Assembly: GCF_001194135.2 (NCBI RefSeq)
Contig: NC_068986.1
Coordinates: forward strand, 35,675,599-35,739,328
Direction: 5' to 3'
DNA length: 63,730 bases
Source: Octopus bimaculoides
Taxonomy: Eukaryota
Position 1 is the first letter of the stretch. Each line of letters starts with the position of its first letter. This document shows positions 13,275 through 25,200 of the stretch, one piece after another. The notes under the pieces were generated by a model. It was not told the origin of the DNA and did no database searches. It was given only the letters and a program-made list of their open reading frames with translations. The translations under genes and the position numbers were made by a program.

Positions 13275-16200
13275 CACTCACTCAATGAAACAAGAAATTT
13301 GACAGCGTTAAGTTAAACAGAAAACGCATTCACACCGAATAGAAATAGCTAATTGTGAAAGCAACACTCACACGCGAAGTAAAAAATCTGTTGCATGGGA
13401 AATAACTCTAAAGGAATTAATTAAAGTTATCTCCCTTGTATTTCTTAAGCGCTTCGATTAGAATTTTATAACGGTTAAATCAACCCTCTAAAAATTAAAC
13501 GAAAAAAGATTCCAACGTCTTAATTATTTTACTGAATTAAATCAAACAACGAGAGAACCACTATGTAGTCATCCAACTTCCTTGAAATAGCTCTCACATC
13601 TCTCATAAATTACACACTATCCAACAAATACTAATGGAAAATGTCAAGTTATACTAGCGTAAACAAATTTAAAAAATCCGGACCGTAGCAGCAAGAATCC
13701 TTTGGATTACAGGTCATGACAGCATAGGGATCAACAAACAAAGACTGAATAGCACTTAATACAATTAGTGTTCATAATGTATGCCTGTGTCACTGCATGC
13801 TTTATGAGTTCGGTTTACAATCGCGTATTTCAAATTAGAGCATCGAATTAAAAAAAAAAATGCTTACGTGTGCAGGCGTGCGTGCGGATATGCATCACTG
13901 TGTATACGTATGGCGCGTATGCACGTATCACTTGTTTTCGTCAGTGGATTGCGGCCGTGCTGGTGCACTGTCTTGAAGGGCTTAGTCGAACAAATCGACC
14001 CAGTGCTCATTTTAAAGTCTGGTACCCATTCTATCTGTCTGTTTCGCCGAGCCACCAAAATAACCAACACCGGTTGCCAAGTAGTGACACAACACACACG
14101 CATACATAGTCACAGGATTTCTTTCAGTTTCCTATTTCTTTATTGCCCACAAGGGACTAAACATAGAGGGAACAAACAAGGACGGACAAAGGGATTAAGT
14201 CGACTACATCGACCCCAGTGCGTAACTGGTACTTAATTCATCGACCCCGAAAGGATGAAAGGCAAAGTCGACCTCGGCGGAATTTGAACTCAGAACGTAG
14301 CGGCAGACGAAATACCGCTGAGCATTTCGCCCGGTGTGCTAACGATTCTGCCAGCTCGCCGCCTTATNNNNNNNNNNNNNNNNNNNNNNNNNNNNNNNNN
14401 NNNNNNNNTTTCTTTCAGTTTCCTATTTCTTTATTGCCCACAAGGGACTAAACATAGAGGGAACAAACAAGGACGGACAAAGGGATTAAGTCGACTACAT
14501 CGACCCCAGTGCGTAACTGGTACTTAATTCATCGACCCCGAAAGGATGAAAGGCAAAGTCGACCTCGGCGGAATTTGAACTCAGAACGTAGCGGCAGACG
14601 AAATACCGCTGAGCATTTCGCCCGGTGTGCTAACGATTCTGCCAGCTCGCCGCCTTATATTAATGGTAAAATAATAAAAATCAGTTTTTACTTACAATTC
14701 AAATAATTCGTCAAAAACCGGATTTAATGTTTTCTTGACGATCTGAGTCTTCTGAACTGTGATGTTGGGGAAAATGTGCTCTGGGCTCAAATGGATCAGG
14801 ATAAAGGGGTCACTAAATCCTGAAATGCAAAGAATGATAAAAATAACAGATATGTTTGTTTGTCATGAGGTACAGGGCCAATAGTTTTGATTTTTTTTTG
14901 TTTTTGTTTGAAAAGGGAAATTTGGCTGCTATTTCTAGCTGAACGATAAATCACATTTGAACACTTTTTGATTTTTACTTGTTTCAGTCATTAGAGTGCG
15001 GCCATGCTGGGGCACTGCTTTGGTGAATTTTAGTCGAATCACTCGACCCCAATACTTATTTACTTTTTAAACCAGATACCTATTCTATCGGGGTCTGTTG
15101 CCGAACTGCTAAGTTATGGGGGACGTAAACACACTAACACCGTTGGTAAAGTGTTGCTTGGGGACACAGACACAAAGACACACATACAGACTATATACTT
15201 GGTCATCCCATAAATAATGCGGTCTTTTTAATTGCATGAACTGAAAGTCGGAGGGGGACGGGATAAACTACCTGTATCAACTTGCTATAAAAGCAGGCAG
15301 TAATTTTAGCTTGCTTTTATTCTAAGTGCAAGTTTTGAAGAGTGCAGTTCGATTTTAACAGTTATTTTTTCAAAGCTATAATGGAAGTAACAAAGGAGCA
15401 TATTCAGCATATTTTGCTTTATGAATGCAATAAAGGCAAAAATGCAATGGAAAGTGCAAGGAATATTAATGCAGTATATGAGGGTCGGACAATAAGCATA
15501 AGCCAGGGTCAACGGTGGTTCCAGAAATTCTGAGCCGGAAACTACAACCTAGAAGACGAGCCTCGCCCCGAAAGAGCTGTATAGCTCAATGAGGACGTCC
15601 TGCAAACCCCGGTGGAACAAAATCCCATCACAACTGTTGAGGAACTAGCAGAGAAGCTTGGATTTGGTCTTTCAACCATACATCGACACCTGCGTGCTAT
15701 CGGAAAAGTCAGCAAATTGGGTCAATGGGTTCCTCACAAACTTTCCCAGCCTAATCGCGTGCAGAGAGTGAATGTGTGCTCTTTTTTGCTGTCATTCTCA
15801 CGAATGAACGTTTTTGGACTGAGTAGTAAGTGGTGAAGAGAAATGGGTTTTCTATAAAAGTGACAAGCGCCGAAGATAGTGGGGAGGGAAAGAAGAAACA
15901 TCGGCTAAAGAAGGTCTTCACCAACGTAAGGTGTTGTTATCTGTTTGGTGGGATATGAAAAGTTTAGTCCACTTTGAACTTTTAAAACCAAAGCAAAGCA
16001 AACCAAACCAAACGATAATAAAGGAGATCTACTGCGAGCAGCCTGAGCGGCTTGAGTCAGCACTTGAAGAAAAACAACCATCTTTGGTTTCAAGACGAAA
16101 GGTGTTCTTCATCCGGATAATGATCGGCCACATACAGCGAGGATGACATTCGAAAGGCTGGAGCAGTTTGAATGGGAAACGATGCCCCACCCACCATATT

Positions 16201-19200
16201 CGCCAGACATTGGCCCATCTGATTATCATTTATTCTGCACTCTTCAAAATCATTTGAACGGAAAAGATATGAATTCTATAGACGAGACCAGAAAAGTACT
16301 GGAAGAATATTTTTCATCACGGACAAGTGAATTTTGGAAGAGGAGCCTTGTAAGTCTTCAAGACAGATGGAAGAACATTGCAGAAAATGAAGGAGAGTAT
16401 ATTTTAGATTAAAAAAGAACTTAGTTTCACTTAATTTTGAAAAACGAAAACACAACCTGCATTATTTATGGGATGACCCTATATATGACGGGCTTCTTTC
16501 AGTTTCCGTTCACAAATCCACTCGCAAAAGTGGACCGAGATGCCACGTAATGGGAACGATCGCAGAACCATGTAGTTGGGAAACAAACGTCTTACCACAC
16601 AGCCACGCCTGCGACTGAAGGTATCTTTTTACACTGTTACCGCGGAACATTGGTGTCAACAAGGTTCGAACATGTGATAAAAGTAACATTAATCAAGAAA
16701 CGTATCCTCGAAAGATTAGCACAGCTGAAGACAGAAATGTATTCTTAGACTACAAATTAGAAAAAAAACCCCAAAAAAACCCGAAATAAAAAAAAAATTC
16801 TTCCAAAACAAAATCAACATTTCTTGTGATTAGGAAGAAAAGTATTGATCATTAAGTAGAAAAATATATCGCTGTAACAGGAGACAGCAGACTTTGCTAA
16901 AAGCTGAGATGATTCAATAAGTGTTTACCGAATCACTGTCCAGTAGATGAATATTGATGTATAAGAAAATTATTGTTCATTTGATTATAACCATCTATTT
17001 ACTTATTTATCCATCCGTCTGTCTATCCATCTATTTATTTCTATAGTTTTATGCGTGCATGTTTTTTATATATATATATATATATTCGTCATATCAGATG
17101 TCAGAATTTCATTATCTGTCTAACGACATTACGATCATATCTCATGTTGTTAGTGTGTACATTCCAACATAGGTAAACATTACACTAGCCGTGATGAGGT
17201 GCTGAGATGACCTCTATGTGGTCGTTCAACTTAAGTAACAACAAACTCTCTAGGAGCAGTTTATGAAAAGTAGTCCGCAAACCGAACAACAACGGAATAC
17301 ATTTAATGTATTATGTTATGAAGGAAATAAATTTATATTGACGATTCGGACAATTTTTCCTTTGTCAAGATTGGCAGAGAAGAAAAGGAGAAGAAATAGT
17401 TCGAGAAAAAATGTATGAATTATCGAAATAGTATGGGAAATAGCGAAACGGAAGTGGGTAAGGGTATGTGGCTTGTAACGGAGGAGTGCGTATTGGATGG
17501 TGAGTATATATTAGGTATGTGCTGAAAGAATTAGTTGTGCGAGCGAGTTGTGGGGAGGCTGAAAGGGGAGAGAATATATGAGTATGTACGCGAGAGCAGG
17601 TGTAATATTGATGTAATAAGCATGTATGCACGTACAGGTGTGTGTGAGGTAAAGCATTGTTTTAGTTTAATATAAATAAGGTGTCGTGTATGTGTGTTTG
17701 TAATAGGAATGATGCTAATATATGTGGATGTTTATTTGTGTGAAGGGAAGGGCAGGGGAAAATCTAATCGATTACTAATGGCTTCAGGAATGGCTATCTT
17801 TAAGTAGATTAAATGCCGTTCGCGAATGAATCAGGATAGCAGATGTGCCGTGTATTCTAGAATACATCAAACAAGATATTGTTGGATATATGGGTGCGTG
17901 CTGGCGCGCGTTTGTGTGAAGCTACGTAAAGATTTATAAATTTACCTGTTGCTTTAATTATTATGTATGTATGTATGTGTGTCAGGGATTGCCTATGTTA
18001 GAGAATGCATGTGTGTAAACATAAATTCCGTAATCACTCATTTCATCAAGGAGCTTAACATGATTATCATTATAGGCATATAATCTATGTATTGTATGAA
18101 ATCACATTTTTATTTGCGTGTTTCTAAATTTTTCTATTTTCCTTGTATATGTGTGCATGCGAATGCATGTATGTGTAGGTTATAACGCCTGGATATGTAC
18201 ATATCCGCATGTGTATGCACGTTCGCATGAGCTTATAAGTGAATTTTCTATACGTGTATGCATGTGACGCATGTACATATATCCACTGCATGATATAAAT
18301 AGCTGTTTGTAGATTTTTTTGCTGTTGAACTATGAACAAAACTTTCAGAAAAATTATCGCAATCTATGTTATTCAATATGTTTTTCTTTTACGAAAGTGG
18401 TTGAGTTTAATGTAAGAGAGACCAGGTTACTGTTTCTAGCAGGTCAAGCAACCCCATTACCTGTATATAATTCATATGTATAAAACTATTGTATTCACTT
18501 GTATTTTTTATTGCAAACCTTCATGTACTTACGCGTTTGCATGAATTTAATTGTTAAAAATTGCTTTAATCTAAGCTACAGGCTTACGTATATATTTCAA
18601 GTTGTAGCAGCTGCAAAAACATGCATAATTTACTGTAGTGTAGAAGGACCGTTAAAATTTAATATGCAGGAAAAGGTGTCTCTGTGGGCTAAAATTAATT
18701 CAATGTTGTGTGGAGATATTCAAATCGTTGTATCAGGCTTACATACAGTTGGAGCGCAATAAATATGATCTAAACTTGTCTTAAGGAATACCTGAATAAT
18801 ATGAATAACTGAAACCAAGCATGAGAAATAAGGGAGATAGCAATATAATATGGTGTAGATTATTGTATGGAATTAAATCAAGAAGAAAGAAATAAAAACA
18901 GAAGAAAAAAATAGCAACTTACCATTAGCATCTAGAGGGATTAAATCTTTTCCACTGATAACTGGAATAGAAATAAAAAGAAATATGATAATTGTTTTAC
19001 TCGTATTTGTGTATTTATAAATATACGCAGTGTGGTCGAATGGTTAAAGACTTTCCTTTGCAATCACGAGATTCTGGGTTCGATCCAACAGCGTAGCATT
19101 TTGAGTAAGTATCATTTTTCGTATCCTCGGGTCATCTCAGATTTTGCAATGAAACCGATTGGGTAGAAACTGTCGGAGGGATTTTATCTGCAACTGAGAA

Positions 19201-22200
19201 GCCCAGCTTTGTAACGCTGTTATGTCGATTCCGCCTGAAGTTACATAAAGGGTACCCGTGACTGTGGAATACGCAACCGCTTACAAGCTAATTTAATGAA
19301 CCTGATTTCTTACTTTATTGAACAACTCAAAATTCTTGGTTGGAAATTGTGATCGAGGTCCAGTTTACTCATATATTTCCTAGTGGTTCCCGTGGAAATT
19401 CTACTGTGTAAATCGGCATATTTGAAAATATTATGCTAATATATTAAACACAAACAAAGGATTTCAAAAACTTCTTTTAAAATCCTGCCATTTAATCAAA
19501 GCTGTACTTCTAAATTTAAACATGGTTGAAATGAACTTAGAAGTTATTACTTATTTATCTTCCGCAGCTATTAGTTAACTAAGGTTATTTCACTATAATT
19601 TAATTATAAATCGATGTATCTTTTGGTATATATAAATTTGTAGTTCGTTACAGCATCATTTCATTATATAAAACATTTCGATTGTGCGTGCGATTTGAAC
19701 CCAAATGCAGAATGATATAGACCTTCTCCTTTATATATATAAATAATCTTTTTCTATTCGTGTTATTTCCTCCATGAGCCTAACACATAATAGGCAGACC
19801 ACTCGAAGTAGCTAAAGCTATAAATAGCGTGTAGAATATTGGGTATAAAACTTCTTGGATGGAAAAAAAAATCGAAGGCTGTCCGTGGACTTGAACCGAC
19901 ATCTGCTGTAAGCAAGACAGACGTTCTAACCATCCTAACAAAACAACCATTCGAATTTCCTCCATCCAGTTTACAGAAAATATGGGTTCAAGTCCCACGG
20001 GTAGCCCTCGACTGTTTTTTTCCATCCAAGGGTATTTTAAACCCAATATTCTGTACAGTATTACTTATAGATTTAGCTAAGGCGGCGCGCTGGCAGAATC
20101 GTTAGCACGCCGGTCAAAATGCTTAGCGGCATTTCGTCCATATTCTTAATTCATTTTTTTTTCAATGTATCATCTAAAACGGATCTTTTAGATCGAAATT
20201 TAATGAAATAGAAACAATAAAGCTTTTTTTTAAAATTAAAATTACAGTGTATAGGTTTTAAAGTTCATATCCTNNNNNNNNNNNNNNNNNNNNNNNNNNN
20301 NNNNNNNNNNNNNNNNNNNNNNNNNNNNNNNNNNNNNNNNNNNNNNNNNNNNNNNNNNNNNNNNNNNNNNNNNNNNNNNNNNNNNNNNNNNNNNNNNNNN
20401 NNNNNNNNNNNNNNNNNNNNNNNNNNNNNNNNNNNNNNNNNNNNNNNNNNNNNNNNNNNNNNNNNNNNNNNNNNNNNNNNNNNNNNNNNNNNNNNNNNNN
20501 NNNNNNNNNNNNNNNNNNNNNNNNNNNNNNNNNNNNNNNNNNNNNNNNNNNNNNNNNNNNNNNNNNNNNNNNNNNNNNNNNNNNNNNNNNNNNNNNNNNN
20601 NNNNNNNNNNNNNNNNNNNNNNNNNNNNNNNNNNNNNNNNNNNNNNNNNNNNNNNNNNNNNNNNNNNNNNNNNNNNNNNNNNNNNNNNNNNNNNNNNNNN
20701 NNNNNNNNNNNNNNNNNNNNNNNNNNNNNNNNNNNNNNNNNNNNNNNNNNNNNNNNNNNNNNNNNNNNNNNNNNNNNNNNNNNNNNNNNNNNNNNNNNNN
20801 NNNNNNNNNNNNNNNNNNNNNNNNNNNNNNNNNNNNNNNNNNNNNNNNNNNNNNNNNNNNNNNNNNNNNNNNNNNNNNAAATGACGATTGCAAATGTTTT
20901 TCTACTGTTCCAATGTATCATTTGAGAAGGACCCTTTACCTCTATATTTCTTAGACCGCATGGTATCGCCCTCTGGGGAATTGGGGACTGTAGTGGTGGA
21001 AAATTTTATGTGGATATTGGGCTAAAAGCGGTCGGTAGATGGTGATAGATGCATGTTATTTTTCCCTATTTAAATATTAATTCAAAAAAAAAAAAAAAAA
21101 GGAATTAAATCACATCAATACAGTAGTAACCCCAAAATGTGAACAAGTAAATAAACAAAACGGAATCTGTATTACCCATGCTTAAAGTGTTAGCTTAAAT
21201 AGTGAGGGGCTGTGCTAAATTGTCAGTTACGTCAAAGTAGAACCCAAAACCAAATTACGCTGGCCGGATTGGTATTACACATATGTACATTAAAAATGGG
21301 GAATGAGAAGGCGTTAAATTGTAGTAGAGAAGGGGCTGTCAAAAAGTGTTTGTAAAAGGGAAGGGTAATTGATGAAAATTGTTTTAGATACTCTGTTTTA
21401 CATCGAAATATAATCAAAACGAAACAAAATTAATTTCATTAAAATTGCATTGTACGGTTTTCAAACTTCTATTCAACTTCGTATGCATTCTATTTCAAAA
21501 TAAATAAAAAAGCAAAACTCTTTTAAAACTATTTTATATTTAACTTGGGCAGATTTCAACCATACAAGATTTTTTGACCTTTTCTTGTGAATACAGCTGA
21601 CTGCTTTCATCATTTTAGGGAAGGATTCTTAAACGGAAGATAGTAGTTATACCAAGTGGAAATTTTTCAGTAATTCATCTCTGTAGAACTAGTTGATGAA
21701 ACTCTACAACAACAGTATAGGGATGATTTTCGAATACAATATAAAATCGAACATTTTTGAGATTTACTTTGGCAGCCGACAGTAGACAATTTCTTTTCGC
21801 TGTCTCTGTTCCAGTGTATGAAGAGTAGTTGATAGACAGTTATAATATCGATTGGATTTAATGTTATGAACTAGAGGATTTCAAACACAATGCTAGGAGC
21901 CAAGACCTCACTACGTGTCGTAACATAAAAGAAAATGGAAACCCAACAAAACGAAATTTTAAACTGTTAAAAATGCAGTAACATGCTGTCTTTGTGATGA
22001 GTCCTATTACATAATTCTATATCTTTTGTTCTCTGGAACAAACTTTTACTATGTTTGAGTGTAGGTGTATACAATTCAAAAGAACATTGAAGAAACAATG
22101 TATGTAAAAATTACTAGCAAGTTTTTATTCAAGAAAATTAATTCACGACATGTACAACAGCCATATTGATTATAAATATATCGGATTTTTAATTTCTTGT

Positions 22201-25200
22201 CGCTGATTTATCTATATTTTTGCCGTTATTTTTCCCCCCATATCACTAATATTGTTGGCTAATATTGTTTTCATTGTTTCAGAGTTTGGAATTACTGTTA
22301 TCTTCGTTGTTGATATCTTTGCTTGGATTGTTTACTCATTCAGTGTCTGGTGTTATTGCCATATTTAGAATGAAGTGTATATGTGTGTGTATCATGGTAC
22401 TTGTTTAGAGTTAGTATAGACCTCTACGGTGCATGTAGTTTGACAAGTCATTGTTCTGTGTTCAAGTCTGCTGTGGTAAATTTTGTCAGCATTTTAACCC
22501 ACGCGAACTCAGCCTTTTCTCTCTTTCTGGAGAAAGACAGCATTCCTAATAATTTTCACGGCCGCCGAGATATGTGACCGGAAGGGAGGAAGTTATTCTC
22601 AAACTCGAGACCGAGTTAGAATGCAATAAAGCGGACTGTACTTAAAAGTATTGTATGACCAAGTGATAGCATTAAACCGCGTGAATGATTAAGTTCACCC
22701 CTCAAGAAAGGACAGCTGGATAACAAGAAGAATCATATGAGAGCCTTCTGCTGATATCAAATTTGTTAATTCTTTCATAAAACATGCTAATCCTTGCACA
22801 GTAGTTAACAAAAACTGCACATTAGTTGCCTGTAGAGTCAACTGGGTAAACAGCACATTTTACTGCATATAAGGACGATATGATCTCAATCATTAACTAT
22901 TGATTCGATTCGATTCGTTAGCAGCCCTAAAATTTTGATTCTTACGTTAACAAAAAGAACATATTTCATAAGAGCATACACTATCAAGATAGGTTGTTTT
23001 TTTTCCTGTTTTGCTTTAGACCAGGTCTGCTAGCGAATAATTGTAATCAATTCTATTCCATCAGTAGCCAATTTATACTGTGTTGTTCTGTATTTAAGAA
23101 AGTTAATGCGATCTGAGCGAAATTTGGCTAATATTTCTAGGGGGGGGGCTACAACAGTATACGTGGAGGCGCAATGGCCCAATGGTTAGGGCAGCTGACT
23201 CGCGGTCATAGGATCGCAGTTTCGATTCCCAGACCGGGCGTTGTGAGTGTTTATTGAGCGAAAACACCTAAAGTTCCACGAGGCTCCGGCAGGGGATGGT
23301 GGCGAACCCTGCTGTACTCTTTCACCACAACTTTCTCTCACTCTTACTTCCTGAGTTTCTGTTGTGCCTGTAATTCAAAGGGTCAGCCTTGTCACACTCT
23401 GTGTCACGCTGAATATCCCCAAGAACTACGTTAACGGTACACGTGTCTGTGGAGTAATCAGCCACTTGCACGTTAATTTCACGAGCAGGCTGTTCCATTG
23501 ATCGGATCAACTGGAACCCTCGACGTCGTAAGCGACGGAGAGCCAACAACAACAACAACAACAGCATATAAGTTTTTTTTGTTGGATAGAACAAGATGGA
23601 CATATTTTTGTCATTGGTTTCTTTTTATCTTCGGCGAGAGGAAGTTCTATCTTGGTCGCAATTCTTAAAAAACACATTTAGTTTCTGTGAGAAATATCAA
23701 GTTTATATGTAAGCTTATCTGTTTTACTGGAACATGTTTTATGTGACAGTTTGGCAAAGCAATGACATTTATATAGTTTATGGAAAAGAAATCATCGAAA
23801 TGTCATAAGAGATAACAAAAATATTTTTTTTACCTTCCACTAATAACGTCTGGACTTCATATTTGTAAAAAACCCGGATGTTTAATATACCGTAAGGACT
23901 AGTTTCTGTTTGGTCCTATAGGAAAAGAAAGCAAAAAAATGGTGTGAAAAAGAGCAATAGCAAAGAACCCCACCCTAAAACAAGGGAGCCTACGTACAGA
24001 AAAAAATATACCACCAACAACTTCTATATCCATGTAAATGAAGAGTATTTCAAAATGCTAAAAATCAAATTATTTTTTCTATCATTGGCACAAGGCCAGC
24101 AATTTCGAGGAAGAAGTTAAATCGATTACATTGACCCCAGCGCTAGACTGGCGATTATCTGCAATGCATATGTAAATACAAGTCAACTGATATTCATGAT
24201 TACCAACTAAAAGTCAACCGCAACACATTCTAACTATATGTTAGAGGCTGAAAGATTCAAGCGCGTCTCATCTCCAGTATATTTACCCATTGATATGCAC
24301 CAAAATCTGTCTTTTACTTTATTCACATGCTCTACGCGTTTGTATGTACAGATACGCGAGCCTTTGCAAATTTGTTCGCGTGCGCCTGAATGCAGGGACC
24401 AAGATGCGAATTCATCTCTGTGAATGTATATGTGTAACTAATTTGAATATATATATATATATATATCTTCATATACATACATACAGGGTGCGATGGGTAA
24501 ATTGTTGCCATTCTATATTTTTAATTTCGCGCATGCTCATTGTTTGTTTTTTGATTTTGTCGATTACAATACGACACAATTTTTTCTGCCAGAGATTTGG
24601 AAACGACATGATGTACTGCTTGCCATTCGCACCGGAAGCGCCAATACGAATAGATAGATGGTGAACACACAGAACAACCGTTGGGTTGCTGTGTCCCCAA
24701 AACATGTACTGAGAGTGATAAAAACAAAACATCCAGTCAACATCATGGTGCTTGGAGTGATCACTAGTGATGGCGACGTTACATCTCCATCTTCCCACAG
24801 AAGAATAATAGTGTGTGTGTATGTGTGTGTGTGTGTGTGTGTGAGAGTACATTCTGTAAATAAAAAATAATAGTAAGTTTAAAGTTTATAATTATTATTA
24901 TTTACAGAAATTTCCCTCGTCACCGCTTCTCCATTTATGATATATATTTTCTCTGTATTTTCCAAAGAAAACACAGATGATCTTAAGTAAACCTCATTGA
25001 CAAAAAAAAATTGTCATCAATTGTACCACTCGACCATGCTGGCGTGTGCGTATGATTAAAAGCAGACACCCACACGTTAAACGGACCCTTATGACTAAAT
25101 ACTCGCATACACATCCACACATGTATGTGTGTGTGTGTGTGTGTGTATGTAGTCGTTTACACATTGTTTCATTTCAAAGAATACTTCTAAATATTGCTCA

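Noticed and set aside
14915-14940. Recurring motif aatttggctgctatttctag and its reverse complement (also near 3190, 10440, 23120, 29650, 43545)
   Set aside because: Irregularly spaced remnants of an old dispersed repeat; not a CRISPR-like array or a demonstrable regulatory site.
21570-21990. Stop-riddled plus-strand frame resembling transposon coding debris
   Set aside because: No diagnostic motif could be assigned.
23162-23240. tRNA-like sequences at SINE heads
   Set aside because: They continue into SINE bodies with tails and TSDs; not tRNA genes.
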